This document shows positions 21,897-33,777 of a stretch of 64,000 nucleotides of DNA, piece after piece. A program made the position numbers and the translations under genes. Location: assembly GCA_023920165.1 (NCBI GenBank), contig CP089280.1:744001-808000 (forward strand). The letters run 5' to 3'. This DNA is from Curvularia clavata (Eukaryota). The notes below the pieces were generated by a model. It did no database searches. It was not told the origin of the DNA and worked only from the letters and a program-made list of their open reading frames with translations. The first letter of the stretch is position 1. Every line of letters starts with the position of its first letter.

Positions 21897-24800
21897 TCAG
21901 CGGTAGTCATTCGAGTTGTAGCCAGACCTGTTACCCTGGTACCCTCCACCATTACCGCCGCGATGTCCACCTCGACCACCTCGACCTCCGCGGTTTCCCC
22001 TATCGTCCCTGGGTGGACGGTCACTATACGGGTTGCTGCCTTGATATCCTCCGCTTCCGCCTCCACTTCGACCGAGTATCTCGTCAGCTGGCCGATAGAA
22101 CCTCTCATCCCGTAGTGAGCTGTTGTTGGGTGCCTGACGCGGCGGTGGTGCACCATATTGCTGATTGGAGTTGCCCATCCATGCAGGCCGTTGTCCGGTT
22201 GGTGGTGGTACGGGTGGAGCTCCATATGGAGGAGCACCGCCTTGCCAGCCACCTACACCAGGTGGAGGTACCCAACCCGGAGGTGGGGGAGGGAAGAAAT
22301 TGGCACCTGGCGGAGGAGGGAAGCCGCCAGGAAATGGAGGAGCAAAGTTAGGCGGCGGTGGTGGATAGCCCCCAGCCGGGCCGCCATAGCCTCCTCTGTT
22401 GTTGTCCCAACTGCCCCCTCCACGACCATTCTGATAGCCTCGTCCGCCGCCGTTCTGGTAGTCGTTACGCATGTTGTCGTTGCCACGGCGATCATTAAAG
22501 CCTCCCCGACCACCTCCACCTCCACCTCCACGACCGCGGCCACGGTAGCCACCTCGCTCGTTGGAGCGACGTACCGCTTCAGCCTCACCCGGACTAAGGG
22601 CTGGCTTGGGTAACTTAACGCCATCAAGCAAGACAGACTTGTGTGCTCGGTTGGAGGTTACAGACGGCATTTCGTAATAAACCCTGTGTTGTCAGTAAGT
22701 GGTTCAAAGATAAGACTCAGAAATAAAAATCAAATGTGTCTTACCTCATTGAACGATCCTGAGTAATCTCATAATCGGTTACGCCAGCGGCGTCAAATGG
22801 CGGTACAAGCTGACTGTCCATGACAAACAGGTCGTGCGGCTCAACCTCTCCATGAAGCGCACGACTCTTGGCAGGATCAATCTTGTGTTTCTGCTGACCC
22901 TTGCGATATAAAGCCTTCTCGACATCTTCGAAAAGACTGCACTCTTGAGAAAACATAAGGGTTTCCTTACCAAACTCATTTCGTTTCCTCTCATCATCTG
23001 ACAGCTCAGGGTACTTTGTGGCCATAGCGGCGAGCAGCCGCTTCTCGTCAATGAAAGGCAAGATCGCGACGCCTTGCCAAGCAAACTTTTTGCCATTAAG
23101 ATCGATGGGGAAGTCTTGGGGATAGAAGTCTACAATAGAACTATCTGGGTCTTCCATGAGCACGCGGAACGGTTCGGGGATCGCGTGGTTGGATGCCGCA
23201 GGCAAGACACCCATCAGTTGTTCGTAGGGATGGAAGGGCTTGCCCTTCTCAAATAGCTTGCGGGGATCCATGTCTTCGAGGCCCACAAAGTCGGCGGCGA
23301 ATGGGGCGTAGTGATATGGGAAGTACCATGTCCAGGAAGGGCAGCCTTGCATATAGTAAGCCAACACCCAACATAGACCCTCAGCATACTGGCGTGCGAC
23401 CTGGTTGCGGAAGGCGATGTCATCAGGTGCAACGCCAAACTTTTGCTCGTAGTATCGCTCTTCGTAGCCGTCCTCCCAAAGCCTGACGGTGTCCTCTGGA
23501 GTACCATTCTCTGTTTTTTGGGTCTGGCCATCCTGTGCTGGAGACTCTGGAACGATTGGTGTATTACGTCCGGGTGTCCCGTTGTCGAGGTCTTCGACGT
23601 CACCTGCCTTACGTTTTCCAAGGTGAACTGGTGTCTCAGTACCAGAAGCAGGTTCAGAAGCAGGTTCCGAAGCGGGTTCCGAAGCTGGCTCAGGCTCCGG
23701 AGCAGAAGTGCCTTCGGCCTTGGCCTTCATGAGCTCCTTGAGCCTAGCAGCCGCACTTTTGTTGGCTTGAGGGTCCCGAGTATGCATAATATCCTTGTGG
23801 ACATCGCGGACCTCCCTAGATTGGGCCTCCTTGGGATCAAAGAACACGATGCCTGCACTTGTGTAGGTATCCGTGGTCTCCTTTGTGCGCTTGAATCCTG
23901 GTGCGGACAGGCCATTTTCGTCTGTTCGTCGGCGTTTGTTGGCCTTGTTCTGGGCTTCGCGTCGGAGCCGGTTGGCCTCCTGGCGGTCTTGAACTTCCTT
24001 GCGCTTCTTGAAAATACCGGCCTCTCTGCTGGCAAGCGCCGAAAGAATCTGCTGTACGCGGCGCATATCAGGATATCCGTCCTTTGTTATGTAGTCATCC
24101 ATTTCTGCGGCAAGGTCTCGCCAGATGCTAATAAGTAAATCGATACCCTGGTCGCGGATCTCAAGACTAGGTAAGTGTGGCAGAAAGTCGTTACCGACGA
24201 AGAAACACATGAACACCCAATCATCGAGTGAACGCTCCAAATCATACCTAAAGGTGCGTTGGGGCGTGTCCATTTCGACAGCCAAGTATTCTCGCAGAAT
24301 GTTGGTGTGTAGCCATATGAAAGGCTTCAGCTGATGGTCAGATCTAGCCCATTCTTCAGCTGCTTCTTCTTCTGTGAGTTTTTTGCCATCATCGGGAAAT
24401 TCACAGTTGGTTCGGATATGGCCCTTGCGCCCACAGCGCGTGCAGACTTTGTCTTTACCAGAATCGTAGAAGACATCTTCTCTGAGAACACGGAAATGAG
24501 GCTCATGAGTGGCAAGACTCAGCATGATCAAGTCGGCATCCAAGCCGTAGATGACATGTGAGGTGTTGGGGTCATGTGTAGGCATAGCGCGTTGTGAGCG
24601 AATGAAGTTCATGATTTTGTGTTCGCCTTCACCAGGCACAGATGCATCGGAAATAATGACTTTCATGTCTTTCCAAGAGGGATCGGTTGTGAATTTGTAG
24701 GCACACCAGTATTGAAGACTTTCGGCAAGCAGATGCATAAATGGTGTACCAGGTGTGATTGCATTGGAGTCCCAGGTCTTCTCAATGACCTCTTCGAGAC

Positions 24801-25254
24801 TACTGATGTCTTCACCACGACTGGCCTTTTGTGAGTTGAGCATCTTCTGAAACTCTGCACGCTCGTCGTCCTTTTCCTTTGCCTCTTTGGCTGAGCGGAA
24901 ACGACGCGAGCGCTGCTGGTTCATCTTGGCACGAGGCGCAACGCCATCGACTGCCATGTAGAGCAGCTTACGTGGGCGCACCATACCGAGTACGCGATCA
25001 GTGTATTCGAATATAGCAAGCATCATTTCAGCTTCGTTCTTAGGCGCTGGCTTGTCTTCGGGGTGCGAACATGGATGGACAATGCCGTTCATATCGAGGT
25101 ACAGATTGTCGAACTCTTCACCGTTGGGATTGGGTCCACTGCGGTCTACGGGTATGACGGCATCGCCGACCTTCTTGGGCATCTCTTCCTGCACACTGGA
25201 TACAATCTTGGGGTATTTCTGGCTGAGCCAGCGAAACATCGCAGGAACACCCAT
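21897..25254 (-). CDS. RAT1: Nuclear 5'-3' exoribonuclease 2 (Rat1/Xrn2/Dhp1); exons 25254-22745 and 22683-21897
   Basis: MGVPAMFRWLSQKYPK, DNLYLDMNGIVHPC, DGVAPRAKMNQQRSRRF, PGEGEHKI, YGLDADLIML, CCHC knuckle CTRCGRKGHIRTNC, GNDFLPHLP. Intron 22744-22684 (GTAAGA..ACTGAC..CAG) joins an RGG/P-rich tail. Confidence 0.96.
23645..23692. repeat. 12-bp coding minisatellite (4 x EPAS) inside RAT1
   Basis: Four tandem gaagcaggttca-like units, translating to EPASEPASEPASEPAS on the minus strand. Confidence 0.85.
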
Positions 25255-25883
25255 GGTGGCGGTAGGCGCTCAGTGGCGCGCGGTGTAGGGGTAGGTGGAG
25301 TACGACGCTGGCGCGGACGCGTATGCTAGTGCTCTGGAAGTCTGGGTAGTGTTGCGGCGATACTATGAAATGTGTGGAAAGAGTGGTGCTCAACGCCTCT
25401 ATCGACGAAGCGCCCCTGGAGAGAAAGAAAGAAACAGCCTGCGGGCAAATGAGAGGCCCTCCTCTTTGATGGCGCGGAAGGCGGCACTCAACAGCAGCAA
25501 ACCAAGAGCTTCTCAGAATCGAAGGCTCTTTTGACGCGCTGTGACCGTGTTGCACGCGCAGAACTGATGAGAGATGGGGGAATTGCGTGAGTGTTAGGGC
25601 ACGAGAGTCGGACGAGGACGCGCGAATGTTGAAGAGTTGCGCCCAAGATCCGGAGCCGGGGTTTAGCCGACCCTGAGACAGGGATGTGGCCGAACCGCAG
25701 GCGGCCGTGCGCCGAATTATACGTGGAGCTCAAATGGACACTTTGGTGCTTCACCTGTGCGGACGGTATTCGCGGTGACTGTGCAAGGCGCCGGGCAGAC
25801 CCGATGATTGCTCATATATTCACAGTCACTTCCACCACACCACAGCCCCTGCAATGAAGCCATAGCCCGCCTAATCCTTCAAG

Positions 25884-28800
25884 ATGATGCGAGTACTCGA
25901 GGCCAACGCGCCTCCCAAGCAGACGGCCACAGATACTATCAGCACATTGAGCGGGCGGCTGACGAGCGCAACCCTTCTCGAGGACCGCCGCGCTGCCATT
26001 CTCGGCCTCCGTAGCTTTGCAAAGGAATACCCTGCCTCGGTTGCATCAGGCGCTCTGCGCGGTCTTATAACGTCTCTAACCAAAGATGGAGACGACGTGG
26101 ACACGATCAAGGTGGTGCTGGAGACGTTACTCATGCTCTTCCACCCTGATGAGAATAGTCCAGAGGCATCCGAGGAAATAGCTCTGTGGCTAGCAGATCA
26201 GTTCTCTCAAGTATGTGCCTCCCTTTTGTGTATCTGCTAGTGCTGAGCTTATAATAGCGACAAGACAATATCACTCTGCTTGTTGACCTCTTGGAAACAC
26301 CTGACTTCTACTCCCGATTATATTCATTGCAACTGATACGTGCCATCTCGCAAGCGCGACCCCAACGAACCCAAGAATGTGTCCTCACGGCCCCCGGTGG
26401 CATCGAGCGCCTAGTCGCAACCCTAGACGATCCACGAGATGCCGTCCGTAACGAAAGCCTAGTCGTACTCACCGACCTAGCCCGCTCCTCTCCTGAACTT
26501 CAAAAGCTATTCGTTTTCGAGGATGCATTCACGAAGATATTCAACTTAATACACGCTGATGGCGGACTTACACAAGGTGGTGTTGTGGTTCAGGATTGTC
26601 TAAGTCTGCTGGCTGCTCTCATCCGCTTCAATGTGTCCAATCAGACCAACATTCGCGAGATGGGGCATGTCGCACGATTTGCTGCACTCCTTCCTGGTGG
26701 AAAGAAGCCAAAAAAGCCCCGCTCTAATGTAGAGGGTGAAGACGACTGGGTCAGTCCGCAGAGTGACAAGAACATTTGGGGCTTACTGGCCATTATGCGC
26801 ATGTTCCTCGTAAAAGGTAGCCCAGGCACACTGCAAAACCAGAATGTTTTTCAACAACACGGTCTTGTCCGTCAGCTTTTGAACATCGCTTTCGACCCAG
26901 CAACTGCAATGCCCATCAAAATTGAGGCTCTCAACACTTGCGCCGATCTCATCAGAGGTAACGCTCGGATACAAGAAGATTTTGCCCAAGAGCAGGTTCG
27001 GCCCATTGTTGAGCCCGCCACAAATGGTGTGGCTTCTCCGAATGGTACTGCACAAGTATACGTTATCGAAGCGCTTCTCAACCTTGTCCTCTCCCCTGCT
27101 CCCAACGAGTTCTTCGATTTGCGCAATGCAGGCTGTGAGTGCATCAAAGCCTACTTTTACAACCACCTCCAGATTCAAGGTCATTTCCTTAACCGAGCTA
27201 TTGGTGGCCACGAAGGTGGTGACGAGACGGCCAATGCATTGACTATATTGATGGCGGGTCCGCAAGTCCCCCCAACTGGCGACCCGTACAGGATCTGGTT
27301 TGCGGCAGTTCTTGTGTACCATCTCATCTTTGATGATTACCAAGCAAAGAACACCTTGATGCAAGTCAAAGAAGGTGACGCGGAAAGTGGCGAGGAAGTC
27401 GTAACATGCATACAAACACTGACTGCCAATCTCATTGCAAGCCTGCAGCTCGGTGAAGACGAGCGCATCTCAATCGCATACTTGATGCTTTTGATAGGTT
27501 GGCTGTATGAGGACGCTTCAGCAGTAGACGACTTCCTAGCCGAGGCCAGCAGCTTACAAAGCTTAGTTCAAGCCGTGTTGACACCAGGCGAGGATCGTGT
27601 GCTGATTAGGGGTCTTTGTGCAGCTCTGTTGGGCGTCGTGTACGAATTTTCAACGAGAGACTCGCCAGTCCCACGGCGCGAGCTTCAGCCAATACTCACT
27701 TCAAAGCTCGGTCGTGACAAGTACCTTGATGCCATTACGGGGCTGCGCCACCACCCTCTTGTGCGCGATTTCGAGGTATTGCCTCGCAATGGCGGTGGTG
27801 GAAGCAGCTTGCCTGATGTGTTCTTTGACGAGAGCTTCATAGATTTTCTGAAAGATAACTTTAGCCGTTTGTCTCGAGCCATTGACCGGAATCCGAACAT
27901 CGAGCAGCATCAGTCACATGACGGCGTGGATCGAGACGTGGTTGATGCTTTACGTGGCGAAAGAGACGAGAAGGAGCAGACCATCCAAGAGCTTCGAGCA
28001 CAACTCATGACTCTGGAGCAGAAAATAGACAATGAGCAGGCTGAGCACCGGAAGACGCAGCAATCAGCAGAAGAACAACGAGCCACACTGAAGCGCATCA
28101 ATGACAAGCTACACGATGATCTCGACAAGGAAATTGCGAATAAAGATCGTGAGCATCGACAAACAATGCTTGACACGGAGAACAGATACAACCTTCAAAT
28201 TGTGGCGCTCAACAACAAGTTGCAACAAGCAACCAAGGATGCCAACCTCGCCGTCGCAAAGGTCAGGCAAGAATACGACGATAAGTTGCACGATGCCAAC
28301 AGGATACGGGCGGAATTAGAGAGTCGACTAGCTGCCTCTGATAAAGCTCGACAAGAAGCCTTGGAAAAAATTCGCGGCCTTGAGCAGGCAGTAAGCCAAA
28401 CACGTAGCGAAGTGGCTGCCATTACGGAATCATTGCGCAATGCGCAATCACATGTACAGAAGAGTGAAGGAGAGATCAAGCGGCTTAAAGAAGAGAGGGA
28501 TACGCAGATCAAGAAGCTCGAGGGAGAGAAGGATGCGCAAATCAAGAAACTCCAGGAAGAGAAGGATGCACAAATTAAGAAACTTCAGGAAGAGAAGGAG
28601 GCGCAAGTCAAGCAACTGCAGGAAGACAAAGAGGCAAACTCCAAGCAGGTCAAATCAGACAAGGATGCTCTGCAGTCAACCGTGGACAAACTCAAGAAAG
28701 AAAATCAGGACCTCAAGACCAAGGTGCAAGACCAAACATGGAAGGTCAAAGACGCAGAAGAGAAGCTTCGCAAGGCCGAGTCAGGTGCGAAATCTACCAA

Positions 28801-29123
28801 GGAGAAGGAGATCAAAGACCTGCAAGAGAAGCTTCGCAAGGCCCAAGAGATCGAGAAGGAAAAGACCACTGAGTTGGAGGATCTCATCATGGTCCTCAGT
28901 GATCTTGAAGAGAAGAGGAGTAAAGATAAGGTACGTTACCATTGGCATGGCGCTGTATCTTGTATGACAATGCTAACAATTGTAGGAACGCCTTAAGGCT
29001 CTTGGGCAAGAGGTGTCGGACGACGAAGAAGACGATGACGAAGATGATGATGACGACGACGATGACGAAGACGATGATGAGGAAGACGATAGCGATGAGG
29101 ATGAAGAAGAGGAGAAGAAATAG
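25884..29123 (+). CDS. USO1: Uso1/p115 ER-Golgi vesicle tethering protein; exons 25884-26210, 26258-28930, 28986-29123
   Basis: Armadillo-like head (TISTLSGRL..TLLEDRRAAILGLRSF, DFYSRLYSLQL, GGVVVQDCLSLL), long coiled coil, ELEDLIMVLSDLEEK..ERLKALGQEVSDDE and an acidic tail. Two canonical introns. Confidence 0.94.
28472..28636 (+). repeat. 33-bp (11-aa) tandem repeat, 5 copies, in the Uso1 coiled coil
   Basis: EIKRLKEERDT-QIKKLEGEKDA-QIKKLQEEKDA-QIKKLQEEKEA-QVKQLQEDKEA; similarity is visible at DNA level. Confidence 0.85.
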
Positions 29124-29406
29124 AGTATTGCCGATAGCCTGTATCTATATCTACATCTCTATCATGGTCCACAGCCTCGGTCTCAGCTTGGGTGTTTTTC
29201 GAAGACATCATTGGCAAGAAAATAGCACTCTCAAAAGCAAACACTAGCATTGCACGTTGTTTTGATTCCATCTACCCCCTTCGACTCTACAAGGGCACAT
29301 CTGAGTCTTCAAAATTCACTTGCACATACTGCATATTAAACTTCACCAAGTGCTTTCCAAAGTAGAGATTAAAAGCGCGGAATCGTAGGATATATGCTTG
29401 AGTTTT

Positions 29407-30399
29407 CTAAAATACCATGGCACCACCATCCACTATAATATCTGTGCCATTGATATATTTTCCCGCGTTACTACACAGCAACACCAAGGGCCCCGTAATC
29501 TCCCACGGATGGCCCATCCTCCCCATGGGATTCCTCTCATTCCAGCTCTTGCGCGCTCGAATCAATCCATCCCCTTCATTCAATATCGTGTCCATGTACC
29601 CGGGGCTCAGACAATTAACTCTGATACCAAAGCTACTCCACTCAGCCGCCAGACTCTTTGCCAGCGAAAGCAGGGCCGTCTTTGAAGAATTGTAAGCACA
29701 TTGCGGTTGCGGGTAGTTTGTATGATGCGCAGAGATGCTGGCTGTGAAAACGATACTGCCGCCGGTGCCCTGGGCGCGCAACTGTCTGGCGACGGCCTGG
29801 GCGCAGAGAAACGAGCCTGTGAGGTTGATTTCATGCGTTCGTCGCCATTCATCGGCGGGCATCTCCATGGCATGCGTGCATCCGACTACACCTGCGAAAC
29901 AGCACAGTATATCGACGCTTCCGAGAACCTTGACTGTGCTTTCTACAGCAGAGGCAATGGCATGTTCGTCGCGGACGTCGACGGCCTCGGTGATGATGCG
30001 TGCTTGGGGGAATTTGGAATGCAGTTTCTTGACGCTTTCGAAGGCTTGGTCGGGGTTCTTGTCCCAGAGAGCTAGGCTTGTGGCGCCGTGTTCGAGGAGA
30101 GCTTGCGCGGCTTCGAGGGCGAGAGTGCCTGCGCCGCCGGTGACTGAGGGAAAGAAGTGTTAGCCAAGTGGTGACTGGGGTGTATGGCGAATAAGTGAAA
30201 AGGACGAGTGTACCAATGTAGGCATTCACGTACTGATCGCATTGCCCTTGACCTGGAATCTGTACTGAGCTCTCTGAGCTACGGATAGGTCCTCTGGTGG
30301 TGGTTTAGGCGCAGTAAGAGGATTGTCTGCTGTTGACAGAGTCATTTCTGGCAACTGTCTGTTGACGAGCGCAGCGCGGTCATCCCCATCTGCTGGCAT
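29407..30399 (-). CDS. Short-chain dehydrogenase/reductase (polyol dehydrogenase; D-arabinitol dehydrogenase/sorbose reductase-like); exons 30399-30234 and 30143-29407
   Basis: Intron GTACGT..GCTAAC..CAG restores the Rossmann motif NAIITGGAGTLA. Also INLTGSF, catalytic YNSSK, RVNCLSPGYMDT, NPMGRMG and IIVDGG. Confidence 0.92.
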
Positions 30400-32054
30400 T
30401 TTGACGGTATGAAATTGTGGATGTATTGCTAGGCAAGGTTTCTAGTCTTTCTGCGAACGCCCAAGTACAGTTGAGAAAGTTGAGCTCTTATGTTTTGCGT
30501 CGGACGACTGTTGTCCGCGTTTACTGATGTCTGGTGGAGCTTCCCGCAGCTTGAACATGACGTCGCGAGCGTTGCCCCGCCCCCACTAGGTGTACGTTCA
30601 CCCCTCTGGGGCTGTGGGTAAGTTTGCCGAGATTTCGTGGTTGGCTGGAGACATTTGTTTGTTTCTCGCCCTGACCAAAATAGCCGACTTGACGGCTTTT
30701 GATGCTCTTGGGTTTTTATATTCTGAACAGCTACTGCCAACGACGAGCTGCTTGGTTGAGTTACACTACAGGCAAGAGAATCATCAAGTTTTCAGTTTAG
30801 ATTTGCTGGAAAGACATAGAATCGAGTGTATATAACAGCACTACGTCCAGTTCCTCATCGTGTGGCTAGAACAATAGCCATAAAGACTGGAAGCCTTTAC
30901 AAAATCACGTGCTTGTTTCACTCCTCGAATGCTCCCTTCCTTGTCTATCAAATCGAGTTTAATACCAAAGCATAAAAAACACATGATAACTTACCCTAAA
31001 ACCCATCCACTCGACAACAGCCAAGCCAAGCGCATGCATCTTTCAACGCCCGTGTGTCTCAAAGCGGCAACTTTCAAATCACTCATCGATTCCTGTTGCC
31101 CTTCGGTGCCCCTCGTCCCCTGTAACGGGGCACCCAGCCAGCGCACAAGTGTGCGCCTCCAAGTCCGCCATGTGCCACTGAAAACACCATCTTGGGCAGG
31201 TTTGGGGCATGCCTGTTGATCTCTGCTGCCCTTTCGTGCCCTTTTTCATGCACACCACCTGTCGCCCTGCACACCACTTCATGCCATGGCGGCAAATAAG
31301 CATTGCACACCTTTGCCCTTGGTGCCAGCCAGTCGGTACCTAATGAGCTTTGTGCAGCTATTTGTCGCACTCCTAGTTTGCTTCATGTCTTGTACACACG
31401 ATACGCACGCATCCGCCTTGCATTTGAGCGATTTCACACAGCCAAGCCACTCACCGATTCTTGGGTCCTAAAACCCCGCAAACCAATACATGCACATTTG
31501 GTGAACGGCACTGCCCTCACCGCAACTAACGGTAACATGGCCCAAAGTAAGGGTAGTCGACCAGCTAAAAAGCGCAGGTTTAGTGTTAGCGCCCGCGGTC
31601 AACGATGCAGGTATCCGTAGAGCAGATCCTTGAAATATAAATGTATGAACTTGGCGTTGACTTGATTGCGTTCTCAAGCCGCAGCCCTTGTGGTTTCTCG
31701 CACTATAATCGCCCTAAGCTATTCTATCGTCAGCCACCTTTGCTTATTCAAGCCCGTACCGCGTGCTCTTTTCCCAGCAGCAAACACTAGCGCAGCGCAC
31801 GAGGACCGACGTAGGGAAACGAGGGCCCGTGACGTCGTGCATTATCACGAGTCATATCTTAGACCCGCTTTTGCCCGTGTCTCTCTTGTTCAGCATCCCC
31901 ATCCCACCTTTTTATCAAATGTGAAGCCTCTCGTCATCATGGTATCCTAGAACCGTGTTTCCTTTTTCTCCTTTTCCTCTGTTCACGATTCCATACTCCA
32001 CTCTGTTTTCCTTTTTCCATGTTCCTTGAGTGCTTGCTGGCTTAGAGAGACATC

Positions 32055-33452
32055 ATGTCTTACGTCCAAAACTCGATGCGGCGATTCCGCCGCACACAGT
32101 CACATAATGTCGAGACGATGCGGTCGCAGCCACTCGCAGAGCTATCCGGCTCACTCGGAGACCTGGGAACATTACTGCCGCTCATGACGGCGCTGGTCAT
32201 AACAAACTCGATATCCCTTCCGTCTACATTACTCTTTACCGGAGCGGCAAACATCCTAACGGGTGTTGCATTTGGTCTGCCGCTACCTGTCCAGCCCATG
32301 AAAGCCATTGCCGCAGTCGCCATTGCACGGAAATTTTCGCTCAACGAAAACGCGGCAGCTGGGCTCGTTGTTGCGGGGTTAGTGGGTATCTTCAGCATCA
32401 CGGGCCTGCTCAACTGGGCGAACCGCGTCACGCCTATTCCGGTGGTCAAGGGCATCCAAGTTGGAGCCGGACTCTCACTGTGCTTGAGCGCTGGATCCAA
32501 AATGCTTCTGCCGTTGACTTGGACTGGGCCGTGGTGGGGTGACAACCTACTCTGGGCCCTTGCGGCAGTCCTCTTGCTCCTCTGCTCCTTTGCTTATCCT
32601 CGAATGCCCTATGCCCTCATCGTCTTCACAACAGGAATCATCTTGTCTCTTGCTTCGCCCCAGGATGACAATACAACTGTACCCGAGGCAGCTATACCTG
32701 TTCTGCATCCCTCGGGCCACGACTTCTGGAAGGCACTGACTACAGCTTCCTTGGGTCAGTTGCCGCTTACGATTCTCAACTCTGTCATCGCTGCGTCTGC
32801 GCTCGCTGGTGATCTCTTTCCCTCACCACCATACCCGGTTGCGCCCACAGTCACCGAACTGGGTGTCTCGGTCGCCGCAATCAATCTTGTCGGCTGCTGG
32901 TTCGGTGCTATGCCTGCGTGTCATGGGTCAGGCGGGTTGGCAGGCCAGTACCGATTCGGTGCCCGCAGCGGTTCGAGCATCGTCATGCTAGGCAGCGTCA
33001 AGTTCGCACTCGGTCTTGTAGCCTTTTGGAATTCCTCTGCCATCGTGTCGTTGCTAAGCAACATACCAAAATCACTGCTGGGCGTGCTCGTGCTCGCCGC
33101 TGGTTTGGAACTAGCCAAGGTGGGTGAGAGCGTCAATACGGACGCAAGGGATCTTCGTGTGCTAGAGAGAGATCATTCCTGGGACGGAAAGAGAGTCAGG
33201 GAGCTTGATGAGCGCGATAGGAAAGAGAGATGGACAGTTATGCTTGTCACGGTTGCTGCTCTGCTGACGTTCAAGAATGACGCTGTGGGCTTCCTAGCGG
33301 GACTGGCATGGCACTGGGGGTTCAATCTTGCGAGGAGGATACAAGGATGGAGACATGGAGAGATTGAGGGACGCGTATGGACAACGGTTGGGCATAGCCG
33401 GGATGAAAGTGCCGGGTTGCTGGCGCATACCGAGTCTGATACTGTTGCGTAG
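32055..33452 (+). CDS. MOT1-family molybdate transporter (often annotated sulfate transporter-like), 465 aa
   Basis: Family motifs ELSGSLGDLGTLLP, PLPVQPMKAIAAVA and GAMPACHGSGGLAGQYRFGARSG, with multiple hydrophobic segments. Confidence 0.88.
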   Translation: MSYVQNSMRRFRRTQSHNVETMRSQPLAELSGSLGDLGTLLPLMTALVITNSISLPSTLLFTGAANILTGVAFGLPLPVQPMKAIAAVAIARKFSLNENAAAGLVVAGLVGIFSITGLLNWANRVTPIPVVKGIQVGAGLSLCLSAGSKMLLPLTWTGPWWGDNLLWALAAVLLLLCSFAYPRMPYALIVFTTGIILSLASPQDDNTTVPEAAIPVLHPSGHDFWKALTTASLGQLPLTILNSVIAASALAGDLFPSPPYPVAPTVTELGVSVAAINLVGCWFGAMPACHGSGGLAGQYRFGARSGSSIVMLGSVKFALGLVAFWNSSAIVSLLSNIPKSLLGVLVLAAGLELAKVGESVNTDARDLRVLERDHSWDGKRVRELDERDRKERWTVMLVTVAALLTFKNDAVGFLAGLAWHWGFNLARRIQGWRHGEIEGRVWTTVGHSRDESAGLLAHTESDTVA

Positions 33453-33777
33453 GCAGATCATAACACCATAGCATGATTCTAAGTATTACATCGTATTTCT
33501 TGCTGCTGCCGTATCAATGCCTCTTCATCAATACAAAAATGCTCGCAGAAGGCGTGAAAAATACGAACGCTTCTATTCCTACAACCAGTAAAACCGGAAG
33601 ATCAAAACAAGCTCATCTGCCAAGATATGCTGTCAACACGAAAATACTACATAAACAACTGTGAACAACCACCGTTACTTCTGAAAGTCGAGCCAGATAT
33701 GCTACTGATATAGCAAGCAATAAATAATCGCGACAATTACAGCTGCTTTGACAGTAGGTCGCCATTTTCCAGTCTCA

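Noticed and set aside
30991..30999. TTACCCTAA as a telomerase RNA template
   Set aside because: It mismatches the TAACCCTAA template expected for TTAGGG repeats, no CR4/5 P6.1 element was recognised, and the interval is a short divergent promoter.
16073..33452. Flavohemoglobin plus molybdate transporter as a nitrate/NO gene cluster
   Set aside because: They are about 15 kb apart, separated by housekeeping genes (RAT1, USO1), and the window has no nitrate or nitrite reductase or nitrate transporter.
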